Assembly: GCA_946965045.2 (NCBI GenBank)
Contig: OX337235.1
Location: 2,356,001-2,420,000, forward strand
Length of the DNA: 64,000 bases
DNA from: Epithemia pelagica
Taxonomy: Eukaryota; Protista; Bacillariophyta
Direction: 5' to 3'
The notes below the pieces were generated by a model that made no database searches, was not told the DNA's origin, and saw only the letters and a list, made by a program, of their open reading frames with translations. Both the position numbers and the translations under genes were made by a program. Of the stretch, positions 1 through 13,200 are shown one piece after another; the stretch's first letter is position 1, and every line of letters begins with the position of its first letter.

Positions 1-1986
1 CTCAAGGCCGATCTGACACTCAGTACCATTGCCAAAGTGGACGCAGAAGCACGTGTTCATGCTCAGCAAACACAGTCTGCCATTGTGAGTGCAGATCAGG
101 CAGCACAAGGGCGATTCGAAGAAACCAAGATGCAATTGAATGAGGCCGCCATGGTCCAGGAAGAAACAAGGTCGCACATTTTGGACCTCAAAGAATTGGT
201 AGCAAATTCCGTCACAACAAACGCAATGACTCTGGAAATGACTCAGGAATGGGATTCTATCATGCGGTTTGATTGGACAGCGAAAAGCATTGGCGTTGTG
301 ACTGATGCATGTCGAGCAGTGGTCGTGGGTCTGGTGGAACCCAAAGATTCTCCCCATCAATTGTTGTTGCTGCAATTCTTTGACACTGAAGAGCAGTACG
401 AATACGGCAAGTCTTCAAGAAGTGGTGGTCGAATCATATCTTCCCAGCGACCCACATGGGCCATGACGATGGAAGCGCAAGAAATGAAAACGGTCCGAAC
501 AGCCTTTCGAAAGCAGCAGCAGAACAACGCTTCCAATGGAGAAGCACCTTCGAATGAACCAATATTGATCCATCAAGAACCCTTGCTTGATGATGCGGAC
601 TGGTACACCCGGGCATGGTGGGTTCCTTCCAACAAAGATGGGTGTTTGGGAATGCGTCTGGAGGTTAAGGCCTCCCAAGAACTTTTTCCAACAGTTCATT
701 TTATCTTATTTGCTCTACAAGGCGATTTCTTTCGCAAAATTGGACCACCCAAGGACGAGACTCTCAGCAGTCAAGATCAGTTGACTTTGCGAGCAAAAGC
801 CCTCCAGGAAGCGAGACAAATGCACAAACTACCAGCAAAGGTACGTAAGGGCCCACTTGTTGAAAATCCTCTGCTGTTCCCGAGTGAGAAAAAGTCGATC
901 AAAACAGATTATGCGCCCGATGGAGATTCTCCCATGACAATTGAGATCGACAGCACTGGTGGAACGACGTACCATGAACAAGCAAATGCATCCCCAAAGT
1001 CCGTCAATCAGAATTTCATTAGCGGGAAAATCACTCTGCGAAACCCCACGGATCAAGATATTACTGTTCGTTCGGTGCAGGCCCATGTCAAGGAAGCTGG
1101 TGGGCACTTTGTGGACGCAAGCTGCGCCTTTGTGCCTGACTATAGCACACGCCAGGCAGTTTATGTAGGGTTTTACAAGGGTTCATTCATGAAATGGGGC
1201 GTTCGTCATCCGGAAGTCGAATGGATCAAAGAGGGCCACGAATTCACAATCAAGGCAAGGGATAAAATGGAAGTCGTAGTGCGAGTGATTTGGACCTTGG
1301 ACAACTGCAAAGCGTACAACGGGATGCCGCTGAATATGCGTATTCATTCCCAGATGGTTGACCTGGTGACGACCCGAGCCACGTTTGTCCAAGAATCAGG
1401 TCAGAAAGTGTCTGTCTGCTGGGATTGTACAAATGAAGTATTGGAAGATCGATCGTTTACCAATTACGAAGAATTGGTTTCCATGCCTGGTGAACGGGAT
1501 CCCCAGATTCCGTTGTGGAGAGAACGTCGGTTGCGAGGAATTGGAGATGACCATCAATGTCATATTTGGCTACATCTTGATGATCCAGATTCGTTGCTAC
1601 GATACTACATTGTTGTCACATCTCCAAAGAATGACCCCACGTATTGGATGATTCGAGCGGGACAAACTTCTGACAAATTCCCTTCCAATCATCATATTAT
1701 CCGACCCAAAGATCTCGAACGCATCGCATTCGACGCAAAGCATACACACAAATCTACCTCGAGTTCACCGACGAGAACCGTAGTTGTGGACAAGTCCTCT
1801 TCCTGGTCTTACGCTTCGAAAATATGCCATGTTCGTGTCTTCGTTGACCTTGATCGCCAAGTCGTGTATGGTTTACAAGCAGAAATAGAGTTGCCGCAAA
1901 GCAAGGGGGGTGGCGATAAGGCGACAACAGTGTATAGTGATACCATGTACTTTGACTGGGATATGTTCCGGGATGAGAGCACTTAG
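1..1986 (+). CDS. Hypothetical protein, 5'-partial (frame is open from base 1), coiled-coil-like N-terminus
   Basis: 649-aa ORF from 37 with no upstream stop to base 1; no motif recognised. Confidence 0.7.
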   Translation, partial: LKADLTLSTIAKVDAEARVHAQQTQSAIVSADQAAQGRFEETKMQLNEAAMVQEETRSHILDLKELVANSVTTNAMTLEMTQEWDSIMRFDWTAKSIGVVTDACRAVVVGLVEPKDSPHQLLLLQFFDTEEQYEYGKSSRSGGRIISSQRPTWAMTMEAQEMKTVRTAFRKQQQNNASNGEAPSNEPILIHQEPLLDDADWYTRAWWVPSNKDGCLGMRLEVKASQELFPTVHFILFALQGDFFRKIGPPKDETLSSQDQLTLRAKALQEARQMHKLPAKVRKGPLVENPLLFPSEKKSIKTDYAPDGDSPMTIEIDSTGGTTYHEQANASPKSVNQNFISGKITLRNPTDQDITVRSVQAHVKEAGGHFVDASCAFVPDYSTRQAVYVGFYKGSFMKWGVRHPEVEWIKEGHEFTIKARDKMEVVVRVIWTLDNCKAYNGMPLNMRIHSQMVDLVTTRATFVQESGQKVSVCWDCTNEVLEDRSFTNYEELVSMPGERDPQIPLWRERRLRGIGDDHQCHIWLHLDDPDSLLRYYIVVTSPKNDPTYWMIRAGQTSDKFPSNHHIIRPKDLERIAFDAKHTHKSTSSSPTRTVVVDKSSSWSYASKICHVRVFVDLDRQVVYGLQAEIELPQSKGGGDKATTVYSDTMYFDWDMFRDEST

Positions 1987-2266
1987 CAAACAGCTCCGCA
2001 ATGAGTCTACCAATGGAAACGATAGTATGGCGGGATGTCAGATTCAGATGCCACGGTCCCATGCCACCCACAAACCTTACATATCCGCATATTTTAAAAA
2101 ATAATGAACACATTATGAATAATAGATTCTCCCAACTCATTGTCCTTATCCCTATCAAACGCCCATTGTTTCTGGCGAGCTTACTCTGAGCTAGCAGCTC
2201 TACCAGTAGGCGCTTAGCTACAGACACGACATACTCCTACAGGTAGTGGAGGTAGTCCTGTGACGT

Positions 2267-3403
2267 ATGCTGACGTGTCTCCCAAGAAAAATCTCGATTT
2301 CCAAAAAGAGCCTGTCATTGTTGTTGACCATGACACGCATCCGTACCGCAATTGGCCTTTTCACAGCGTTCTTAACCACAAGTCCCCGCTGCTACGCCTC
2401 AGCCAATAAAACTGCGTTCGTATCGTCTGAGTCCCGATCATTCACATCCCGTTTGGCTACATCAACTTGCAACAGCTCAGACAACACACAGAAGATTGAT
2501 AGCATGTATCCTGGAACAGCGGTTGAACGAATGACAGCCGTGAGGGACCGCGTCCAGCAATTGCAAGATCAGAAGAAACTCGTCGATTCTTCCTGGGAGG
2601 ATGTTCGTCGACGTATATTGTGGGCCGGTGGACTCAAAGATCTTCCAGATGCCGTTCCCGGTAGAGGATATACTGGGCATTCGTTCAACGATTTCAACCA
2701 TGTCGATCTGACCTGCATGCTTGATCAAGTATCTGATAATGAGAACGATGGAAGCGTCAAAGGGATCGCAATAGGCAACAGACTGGGAAGTGGAATCCGG
2801 ATTGCTTCTTTGGAGGAGCTTGGGCCGGGTGGAAGGTACGTCGATTTTCTGCAACCTTCTTCTTTGTTCACCGGGAAAATGGAGGCAAAATAGACGACTG
2901 TATGCTGTCCCTCGTTGTTACGCTCATAGTCGTCTTTGTGTTGTATTGTAGCTGGTCAACGTGCGCCATGGGATGCAATAAGGATCCTCCCCAAGATGTT
3001 GCCCATATTCAGTTTCGGGCCCGCATTGCTTTCAAGGTATGTGAAAGATATTTTCTGCGAGAGTCGATTCATCGATGAAACTCACCTTTGAGAATTGTAA
3101 AGCTGGTTTGGGTTCCCAATGAGAGATTTGACACCTTCGTTTTGGTCGATGATGGTACGTAAGAACTACGTGCAACTGGTCAACGAAAATTTGGCGCTCT
3201 ACCACAATTTTGGACGAGTCTCACTTTGTCTATATACGATGCTCTATCAAACCCTTTCAGATGGTAACTTTCTCGCAGAAGGAAAACCACTTCCTGGTGG
3301 GCTTCCTCCTTTGAGAGAACGTCAAATGAACTACCGAATAGTTCAAGGATCTAAGTACGCCAGAGTTGCAGATGAACGTGCCAGTCACGTTGCAGCTGAG
3401 TAG
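2267..3403 (+). CDS. Conserved-looking hypothetical protein, 4 exons, possible organelle-targeting N-terminus
   Basis: GT-AG introns at 2836-2951, 3037-3102 and 3155-3260 join one frame (...GPGGS-WSTCAMGCNKDPPQDVAHIQFRARIAFK-LVWVPNERFDTFVLVDDD-GNFLAEG...) ending at TAG 3403. Start is ATG 2267 or 2330. Confidence 0.7.
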
Positions 3404-3735
3404 GGTAAAAACCCCACGCAATTAGGCGCGCATGCAATCGTCATCTTTACCCGTATAGGTGTAGCGATAAGGTTACCATAATCGAAATGTCGGACGATCC
3501 ATGAACTTGAATCACGTCGGGCATTCCGAGCGTCTGATGATGTAACCTTAAGGAATGACTTTGTTTGTCGAGCTGTAATTTGTAGGTATATCTTTTCCCA
3601 CGATCGTTTTTTGTGGAATCATACAACTGAATGGTTCTTGCTTCGTTGTCATCTGAATCTAGCTTCATTTAAACGATAGAGCCAATCGACATGATTTTGT
3701 TACAACTTTCCAGTGGTCCCTCAACAAGAAATCCG

Positions 3736-5938
3736 TTACACTTGCTCATTGGCTAGAGTACACAGCGCTTCCTCATAAAGGGAGGGTAGGTGTTTGCTCA
3801 GGTCCAACATGGAAGGACGCGCTTGGAAATGAGAATAATGCTGCGGTTGCACATCTCTTACCGTCCATTGCTCTCGATGTCGTCTTGCGGAGGGCTGCTG
3901 CTTCAGCAAAAGCAAGCGTCCAGGCGGGTACATTTTCTCCCCTGTGAAGTTGGCGTGAAGATATCGCATGGTGTGAAGCAACCACCACGAATTTTCTTTT
4001 TGCTGTTTTCGACGACGAAACACCGTCGCATGAAGTAGACGTTCTCTCAGACCTTTGTCTGCACAAAGTCGATCCAAGGCGCTCGTCAACTCGGCAATGT
4101 GACCGAGGCTCATGAATCCAAAAGGATCGCCTTCAATGGCCACAGATACAATATGATTTGATGTCTCAGGTCCGATGAGAGCCGTTGCATCGAGCGGCGC
4201 AATACAAGGAGGACCATACACAAACACCGAAACCGGAAATGTTTCCAACCACAACGTGCCTAGTAGAGCAGCCACGCCACCACCCATGGAATGTCCTACA
4301 ATTACCAACGAGTAATCTGGATTTTCATTCAATTCGCGTGCAACAATCTCCTGCGTTGATTTCAACAGCCCCTGAGCTGCTTCCAGCATTCCGTGGTGAG
4401 CGGAGTTGATCTCATCATTTTCAGAGGGCCATTTGAACGATTGTGATTCCGGAAAATATCTGGAACCAGAGAAGAACCAGTTCCAAAGCCTTTGCGAAAA
4501 CGACGACGAAAGATCTCCCAAAGGCGCTTTATTTGTTTCATTGGACTGTTGTGATAGAGAAAATGTCTGTGGTGTGCAACAGAGATCAGTCAAGACATCC
4601 TGCGTCACAAAAGGATTGCAACTTAAGTATGGACGACCTTTGGTTTATAGATCATTTCAAGAAAGCTCACAAACTACTTACCTGAAATGACCATGTTCCT
4701 CTTATCGAAAAGACGAGAGCCTTGCGCACAGGGTCGCGTGCAATGACATAACCAGGCCGATGAGTATCTGAACTCCACTCAGACGCAACAATTTCGGATT
4801 CTTTTCTTCCTGTTTTTCGCAGAAAAAATGAGGTATCACTAATTGCGACATCTCTCAATCTACCACCCGTCATCATGGGTGGCCGGGCTTCAGTTTCATT
4901 GAAGGGTCTGGGTGATCGGGTTCTACGAGGGAAACGAAATTTTGTAATTTTCCCCAAGAACGTTGTACCCTTCATTGCAAAGCCGAGCTTCCACCCATAT
5001 GCAGCGGATGCGTAAGCAGCGTAATGTGCCAGTTCATCCATCAATTTGGAGTTTTGAATCTCATCTAGGTTTTCGACATGACCATGGGAAGGTTTAGCAA
5101 TGTCATAGTATTGGTTGGCGAGCCCTTCCTCCTCAAATATTTTCTGCAATCCACTGTATGCAAGGATAGAAAGGAATACCTGAGTTTGAGGGTACATACC
5201 AAAGACGTCCACCATTCCATGATCTTCGAAGCTTCGAATGATTTCTGTGATCGTAAGAATTGCCGATCTACTCCTCCCGCTAATCATCCGGGAAGCGGCC
5301 TATCGGACAGGAAAGGCAGAGGCACAAGGCGCCAATGAGCAAAGTAAAAGCAGGAATCCAAGAGAAACGAGAAACAGACTCACGCGATCGAACCATTTCG
5401 GCCCCAGTTTCTCCAACAGAAAATCACCCGCACCCATACTCTTTAATACCAATCCTGAAGCGAGAGCAGGATCGAGGTCGAAATGATATTTTTCCTGTAT
5501 ATCATCGATATTATGCCGTACAACTACGCGAGTTGATTGTCCAAATACAGGAGTTTCTAGCTCCCCTCCGTTTCTTAAATGTAAACTTGTGACACGAGCA
5601 GGAGTGTGAGATGCTACTTTTTGAGCTATTGGCTCACATGCGTGGTTGACACTTTCACTGTTTGCGGAGAAACAGTAGTTCTGGTCATGAATCAAACCAG
5701 AATCGTCAGTCATAAGCGCACCCTCATTTTCCCCCGTGTCCATGGAGGATTGTCCCTCATCATTGAAAGATATTGAAACTGACGATATCAGACGCAGCAC
5801 GTCGCAGCGCTTCTGCTTCCACCAGTGTGGTGATGCTTCAACGACATGAGATAAGGTTGGGAAAAGAACTACGCTCAGAAACACCGAGATGATGACCAGA
5901 AATCGGGTCGACAAACGCCTGGGTCGATAGAAGTACAT
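3736..5938 (-). CDS. Class 3 lipase (diacylglycerol lipase-like), 3 exons
   Basis: GHSMGGG nucleophile elbow, SIRGT and DVLTD motifs. Introns: GTGAGT...TAG ending at 5300, and 4600-4681. N-terminal hydrophobic segment after ATG 5938. Confidence 0.85.
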
Positions 5939-6222
5939 ATTTGCAACATCTCTCAAGATGAAGATCGTTCATTGAAGGTCTATCAAGTGAAGGTTTCAAC
6001 TTGAATGTGATTCGACAATAATTTTGACCTCGGCCCATTTTTTCGAATGTGGACTGTTCCGCGACCAGAGGGTGCGTGCGGCGAGCGAGACGGATATACA
6101 CATAGCACAGGTAGCAATAGGACCGCATTAGATGGGTGCCTTTCGGCGAACAATTTCCAAAGGGTTTCACACTATGGTGCTTCGAAGTAAGAAAACAACA
6201 TGGCCCATATGAGCAGTTAACG

Positions 6223-7860
6223 TTAAGCTTCGCCCATCGTCTTTGGCTCCAGAGTTGGTCTTCGATCTATGGTGTAGAAAGCACGCCACGTAGCTAGACA
6301 GGCCGTCAAGAATCGACCCGCAAACAGTGTGACAATGCCAACCGACCAAATTCCGTGGATGGATGTTTGTCGGGATATTTGCCAGACAGCAGCAACGGTT
6401 GTAAGCATGGTTCCACCGGCTAATATTCGAAATTGGTTTCCTCCCACGGCCAATGATTCCATGACCAATGTGAGACTCACAAGGATTTGTTGCACTGCCA
6501 AGTGAGGCATGAGCTTGTGAATATACCCCCGAACCACCGGGTCATTCGTAAATATCCGTGGAACGGCCAAATGCAGCCCATCCAAGATGAACATGGATAC
6601 CAGTCCTTGAATGACAGCAAATTTGGTCATGTAACTAATAAGGGAGGAAGCTTCTCTCTTATCTCGTCTCGCGTACGATTGGCTCATAAGCACCTGAGCG
6701 GATACAGCCGGTCCGTCAAGTATCAAGGCGAAAACAAGCCAAACGGTAAGGCCTACTTGATGAGCGGCAACAAACGCTGGGCCTAGCCGTGTCGCACGTC
6801 GCGAAGCAATGGTCCACCCGAGTAAAAGCGAGCCTTGTTTCGTTAGCATTGCCCCGTTTGCTGCCAAAATGGTACGGATAACCTCAGCTGTAGGACGTTT
6901 CTCTGAACTTTGGTCTGCCGTGGGAGGAGATGACGCAATTGGTTGGATAGGGGCTTTCTTTTGCTGCGGCAGCATCTTCCGTCTGAGCAGCGAGGAAAGG
7001 TAAAAGAACGCAGCACCAAATTGTGCAATCGCAGTGGCCGCAGCGGCCCCTGCCACGCCCCAGCCAATTGGTTTAAACATCAAAACAGGGTCAAGCACAA
7101 GATTGATCAATGCTGCAATTAGGCTCGCAAGAAGAGGAATTGTTGTGTTACCATAACCTCGAAAAACACCTTCAGCAACAACGATAAAAAGTACCGCCGG
7201 AGCTGAAAATGCTCGTGTGAAGAGATAGCTAGCGGCTGCAGGATATTGCGGAGAAAACTGACGACTGACTCCCATAACGTTCAGACCAAAGTTTCCAAAT
7301 CCAAGTAGAACTCCCAGTAGAAGGATTCCAATCCCAATGCCCAATCCGAGACTGATGGATGTCACGGATCGCACATCATCTTTTGACTGCTGGAGACTCG
7401 TACCCACAAGTGATGTGGTTGCTGCTGTTGTTGCCCTGAAAGAATTAAAAGCCAGGTGGAATATCCCAGTACATGATCCTAGTGCGGCAAGTTCCAAAGA
7501 TCCCAGACGACCGACATACGCTGTGTCCATCAGTGATAGGAGAGGATCTGCCAACATCCCAATCACCGCAGGTATGGCAATTGAAAGGGTTGGTTTGGTC
7601 CAATTATAGGTTCTCTTAGATGGCAAGCTTTCGGAAGAAGATAAGCTCAGTCTTCTGGATGGTTTTCTTTGTACATCTTTCGAAGGAAGTATCTTGTTGC
7701 CGGTCAGAAGATGAGGAGAATGGCGCCGCGATGAAACGAAAAGAACTCTGTCATCATGACGAACATTTAGATCGGTTCGACAAAAGGCAGCGTCTGATCC
7801 GCCCCAAATGAGAACCAACAAGATGAATGCCACTATCCATTTCAACCAATGATTCCTCAT
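6223..7860 (-). CDS. MATE/DinF-family transporter, probably plastid-targeted
   Basis: Multi-TM protein with IAIPAVIGMLADPLLSLMDTAYVGRLG and GVFRGYGNTTIPL motifs; signal peptide followed by AAF and an S/R-rich transit-like region. Confidence 0.9.
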   Translation of the reverse strand: MRNHWLKWIVAFILLVLIWGGSDAAFCRTDLNVRHDDRVLFVSSRRHSPHLLTGNKILPSKDVQRKPSRRLSLSSSESLPSKRTYNWTKPTLSIAIPAVIGMLADPLLSLMDTAYVGRLGSLELAALGSCTGIFHLAFNSFRATTAATTSLVGTSLQQSKDDVRSVTSISLGLGIGIGILLLGVLLGFGNFGLNVMGVSRQFSPQYPAAASYLFTRAFSAPAVLFIVVAEGVFRGYGNTTIPLLASLIAALINLVLDPVLMFKPIGWGVAGAAAATAIAQFGAAFFYLSSLLRRKMLPQQKKAPIQPIASSPPTADQSSEKRPTAEVIRTILAANGAMLTKQGSLLLGWTIASRRATRLGPAFVAAHQVGLTVWLVFALILDGPAVSAQVLMSQSYARRDKREASSLISYMTKFAVIQGLVSMFILDGLHLAVPRIFTNDPVVRGYIHKLMPHLAVQQILVSLTLVMESLAVGGNQFRILAGGTMLTTVAAVWQISRQTSIHGIWSVGIVTLFAGRFLTACLATWRAFYTIDRRPTLEPKTMGEA

Positions 7861-8399
7861 TATGCCTCAAGCCGGTGAATATTGGCCTCGATGGGTGGTA
7901 GGTGTCGATCTCGTGAATTGGTGAGATGCGAAACGTGGATCTGTGCGCCAATGTCGAAGTTCTTTTCCGCGACTAAGATATGGCGCCATTTCCAATGGGT
8001 CCCATGCGCGACCCTTTCGCGATATCGATGCAAAAATCCTTTCCCCAAGCTAGTTAGGGACGCTAGCTCTATACGCTAAATTCGATACAACCTAGGAGTG
8101 CAAGGAGTACTCTCCTATATACTCCTATACTCCTACAAGGATGAGGCAGACTAAGAGAATTGAAAGCTTCATGGAAGCAACGCAACTGTCAGAATGGACA
8201 TACCAAGGTTTCTCTCGTGCCTCTATCTGTCTTGTCCAGAGCAACGAACAGAAGCTAGATTTTCGTGTCAAGGACGACACCATCCCCCGAGCATCTCATC
8301 CATAAGCGCCTGATTTGCAAAGATCTCAACCGAGGTGCTTCTGCAACAACAACAGTATAGACCTCAATAGTTGAAGGATACCAGAATGAGCTTGTTTCT

Positions 8400-10145
8400 T
8401 TAGAGCTTTGCAAGAACATAGTTGAGATGTCGAATTTCGCCAGATTGAATGGCTCGTTCATTCCAAAAGGGGATATAAAGAATCCGGTGCAGTCCGGACG
8501 TTGCTCCTGCATCCAGGAAGGAGGCTCGAGCCCAAATGGTGCTGTTTGGAGGGACACATTCTGATTCTGCTAAATCCACTACCCAGTCGCAGTCTTCCAT
8601 GTTGACATACCGTTCGGTTTGCTCCAGGTTTCGGTCATTAAAGGGCTGCAAGACATGACGACTTTCAGGTTTTGAGCCGAATTCACTAAACGCTTGTGGA
8701 AGTTGGCCAGTGAAACTTGACCTAAGAAACCCCAAATGGGTATTCTTTGGTAGGAAGAAGGAAGACGGAAATCGATACCACTCCCCACAAGTACACACCA
8801 TTTGCATAGCCGGTGCAGGTGAGGAGTCCATTGTAGCCATGGTAGTTGTTGCCCTCGCAAGATTGGTATAGATAGCTATCGGTGCCATGTAGTACTGGCT
8901 CAGTGCTATCGTTCGTGACAATGAGAATGTACAAGCAATCATTGCAACAAATGCATGAATACCAGTTCGGATCTTGCCTTTTCCTTGCCGTGAAACCTTG
9001 GCGAGCACCAAGTCCATCAAGCCAATACTTGCATCGACACACCACGCAGCTGCAAAGCAGAGAATTGGATACATCGGAAACAAGAAACGTTCTTCCTTGT
9101 GCGGTCTCGGAACAGTAATCGACAGCCATAATAAGAGTGGCGCCAGCATGACACTCACTAGCGTCCAGTCGCCTCGTCCTACTGCCATCAACAAGGGCAT
9201 GCCAAGAACACCCAAAGGAACGACCACATTAAAATTGAGCACCAAATTCTTGACATAATAGCTCACCGGCTCGACACCATACAACTCATCTCCTCCACCT
9301 GCAGCATTATACTCAAAGATATTCAGAGTAGCCGAAGTCCATCGTCCATAATGTTGAGCATCAATCCACATTACGGCATACTGCATCACGACCGTAACCA
9401 ACGCAGTCCACATGAGCAACTTAGTAGCTGACAAAAGGGAACTCTCCCCTTGGAACAGAATCGACAAGCCCATTGGTACCAGCAGGACTACCCCAAACGG
9501 CCAACCAATGGCTAAAGTGGACGTGACAGCAAGGAAACAAAAACAATAATTCCACCGATGAAGAAAGAGGGAACAACACACTAGCCATACCATAATCCAT
9601 GTCGAACTAGGTAAGTAGGCAGCTGCAGCATGATTCATTCCGGTACCGAACAACATGAGCACACCTGTCCAGAAAGCCACTCGAACAGATATCTTATGTG
9701 ACAACGAAAACAACCAGATAAGCTCACAGCAGGCCATAGATGCACCAAGGAAACTTCTGAGTAAGAAAAACTGCTCAGTTTTGTCATCAAGGGTGGGTGA
9801 TTGCAACGATGTGGTTGCAAGATCACGGGAAGATAGCAAAAACCACTTGGGCAGAAGAAGTGACGACACGGAAAAGTGAATCAAAACATTCTCTGCCACC
9901 CATTTCATTGGGTAAATGTATGCATATGTCCGCAAGGCATATTCATTGGCGTATTCCCATGTTTGCTGACCTCCTCCGTGTAGGATATGATGCAACGGTT
10001 CCCAGTAGTTGTAGACTTCGTCACAGTCCATTATTGGCATTCGATTGGCCCAAACTACGCGCCAGAGGATATAGATAGGCGGGACAAGAGCTACCACAAG
10101 CAAGGAAGGAACCTGTTTCGGGGATTCATGTTCTTGATTCTTCAT
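8400..10145 (-). CDS. ALG9: ALG9-like alpha-1,2-mannosyltransferase (GT22)
   Basis: DCDEVYNYWEPLH, TWEY...YALR, PHKEERFLFPMYP and EWYRFPSSFFLP motifs. Confidence 0.9.
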   Translation of the reverse strand: MKNQEHESPKQVPSLLVVALVPPIYILWRVVWANRMPIMDCDEVYNYWEPLHHILHGGGQQTWEYANEYALRTYAYIYPMKWVAENVLIHFSVSSLLLPKWFLLSSRDLATTSLQSPTLDDKTEQFFLLRSFLGASMACCELIWLFSLSHKISVRVAFWTGVLMLFGTGMNHAAAAYLPSSTWIMVWLVCCSLFLHRWNYCFCFLAVTSTLAIGWPFGVVLLVPMGLSILFQGESSLLSATKLLMWTALVTVVMQYAVMWIDAQHYGRWTSATLNIFEYNAAGGGDELYGVEPVSYYVKNLVLNFNVVVPLGVLGMPLLMAVGRGDWTLVSVMLAPLLLWLSITVPRPHKEERFLFPMYPILCFAAAWCVDASIGLMDLVLAKVSRQGKGKIRTGIHAFVAMIACTFSLSRTIALSQYYMAPIAIYTNLARATTTMATMDSSPAPAMQMVCTCGEWYRFPSSFFLPKNTHLGFLRSSFTGQLPQAFSEFGSKPESRHVLQPFNDRNLEQTERYVNMEDCDWVVDLAESECVPPNSTIWARASFLDAGATSGLHRILYIPFWNERAIQSGEIRHLNYVLAKL

Positions 10146-10241
10146 TATTTATTCCATTTGTCTGACTCTTTTCCCTCTGCGATCAGAGATATTTGGATCT
10201 TTCTGAGAGTGTTTTGGTCGCGTTTGTCAGCTCAGTAGCTA

Positions 10242-13200
10242 GATATGCTTATCGAATGGCAAGTCGATCTTATCAACGTGGCAATTACGAATCGACATTC
10301 TTATGAACGATGGCAGCATGTGGTCAACGTTATGATTCTAAAAGAACCTGACAACTACAAGATTAACAGGTTACGAGTCATTCATTTATATGAACAAGAC
10401 TACAACCTCATCCTTGCAATCAAATGGCGTGACCTTATTCGTCAGAGCACCAATAAACAACTGCTTCACCCAACCCAATTTGGAGGTGTCCCTGGTCGAG
10501 ACGCTGTAATACCGACGTTGATTGAAGAACTCCAGTATGAGATTTCTCGGGCAAGCAAGAGACCCTTGGTGCATTTAGACTATGACGCCACTGCTTGCTA
10601 CGATCGGATTACTATGAACCTCGGGAGCTTGGTATCCCGCAGTTTCGGGCAACATCGTTCCATCGCATTCATCAATGCTCGGACCCTTGAAGAGGCCAAG
10701 TATTACCTCAAAACCCAGTTAGGCGTCTTGGAACGCCACTACAAGCACTGTCTCCTGTATCCAATATACGGCTCTGGACAAGGAGTAGGAAACTCTCCTG
10801 CTCTTTGGTGTGTCATCAGTACCATGCTCTTTGAAACGTACGACGAGTCAGCATACGGCGCCTCGTTCAGCTCACCGGATTGCAAACTAACCACCAAAGT
10901 TTTCATGGTCGGTTTCGTTGACGATACAAGCGGTAGCGTGAATGACTTTCACCTACCAACTCCAGCCCCATTGGAACACTATATTGATCGAGCTACATCT
11001 GACGCCCGGAGGTGGAATTCTATTCTTGGACTATCAGGAGGTGCTCTGAATAGCCGCAAATGCTCCTACCGTTTCCTACATTACACGTTTACCATGGATG
11101 GCCTTGCCACTCCTACTGCTGGAAGCTTCGGCCCATCAATTACAATTCAATTTACACCATCGGAACAGCCACAAGCTCTGAGACAATTGTCCGCATTTGC
11201 TAGTCACAAGACTCTCGGCGTACAAAAAGCTCCCGCCTCCACAAACAAGAGTCTCTATGAAGCCTTGCAAAAGAAAAATAGAGCACATGCACTGGTCATG
11301 GCCCGAAGTCCGTTTACTAAACGCGACGCTTGGGCATACTACCACTCAATCTACCTGCCCAGCATTACCTATCCATTTCCCTCCTCCACAATCTCCAACG
11401 AGAACTGTGACAAACTACAACGGCTGTTCAAATCTGCCTTCCTCCCCAAATATGGCTACAACCGTAACATGTCAAACGCCGTAGTGTATGGTCCTACGGA
11501 ATATGGTGGCTTGGGACTACGAACTCTATCTACCGAACGAAGCATTTCCCAGATTTATACTTTTCTTGCTTGCCTTCGGTCACCTGGCGTTGCTTCTGAT
11601 TTGTCTCAGATAACTGTGTCCTGGGGCCAATACCTTGCCGGTACTAGTTTTCCCATTCTATCGAACCCTCATCCATCCCTTCCCTATTTGGAACCGATGG
11701 TGTGGCTGCCTCAAGTACGCGAGTTTCTTGAAAAATTGATGGTGGAATTGAGCTGTCAAACGACTTAATCCCTCAACTACAACGCACCAATGACAAATTT
11801 CTTATGGATAAGGCGATTACAGGGATTTTTACGGATTTGGAACTACAACTTGTGAACGCTTGCCGTTTGTACCTCGGCGTAACACTCCTGAGCGACATCA
11901 CAAACCCAAAAGGAGACTTGGTCGAATCCTTTGCACTACAGGGACTGGCTCCGTCAACTTCTACTGAGAAAGGGTTACGCCCGTATCCACTCTGGAAACT
12001 CCCCTTGGTAAATGGCTCGTGACGGGTCCCAATACACACCGACTATGGAAAGAATATCTTGTCCCGAGCGAAGCTATGCTGTATCGAACAAACAACAACG
12101 GTTACACATTGTGCATGTATGTACATTCATCCTTCGTACCGACGACACTGACAACACAACAGCTTCCTGCAACTGCAATCCCAGTTCAGACCGTTCCTAA
12201 CGCCGTCGGGTATACACTTCTGCCTTACCAATCTGCACCCGACACAACTACTGCCCCTCGATTACGCACATTCGAGTTGTTCGTGAAAGACTTACCTACA
12301 TGGGAACGACAACTCCTTCACGGATTTCGTCTCCTGTGCGACCTGGACTACCTTCTCACTGTCTTGAACACTTCCGAGACACTTTCCCTTGTCGCTTGTA
12401 GTGACGGGTCAGCTCCCCAATTCACTGGCACTTTTGGTTGTATCTGCAGCACCGACGATGGATCCCGTATATTTGGCCTCAATGGCCCCGCACCTGGCTA
12501 CCGTTCAAATTCTTTCCGAGCCGAAAGCTACGGCTTCCTTGCTTTGCTCCGTGTGCTTATTCGGTTGTGCGAATATCATGCCTACAATTTACCTCCATCC
12601 CTAATAATCTACACCGATTCCGAAAGTCTTCTGAAGACGATCTCTAAGAGACTGGAATGGACTCTGGACTTTCCTTATAGCACTATGCATCCGGATTGGG
12701 ATTTACAGCAGAGTATTACCTCTTCTCTACGGCAATTTACCACCATGCCAGCCGCGGTTCATGTCAAGGGACATCAAGACCGCTACGCTCCGTTTGATAC
12801 TCTTTCTCTACCAGCCCAACTCAACGTTGAAGCGGATACGTTAGCAGCTGAATACGTCTATTCAGACGAGGTATCCCACACTCACGCCCCTCTGATCACT
12901 GGCTCTATTGCCACTTTGCGAACTCCCAAAGGTACAATCCACTCCAACTATAGATCTGTTCTCCGGCATCTTGCCCACGATCCTACGATCTGCCATTATC
13001 TCTGTAACAAGTTCAAGTGGACTCCTACGGTTCTTGATGAGATTGATTGGACATCTCATGGGACTGCCAATCGAGCGTTTTTCTCCCGTCGTCACTTTAT
13101 ATCCAAATTCATCTTCGAATGGCTTCCCCTCGGAAATCTTAAATCCCGATACGCAGAATACTATGTCGATCATTGCCCGGCTTGCTCTACTCCAATTCTT

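Noticed and set aside
5288-5385. In-frame TAG at 5300-5302 in the lipase, suggesting readthrough or recoding
   Set aside because: It is the acceptor of a phase-0 GTGAGT...TAG intron.
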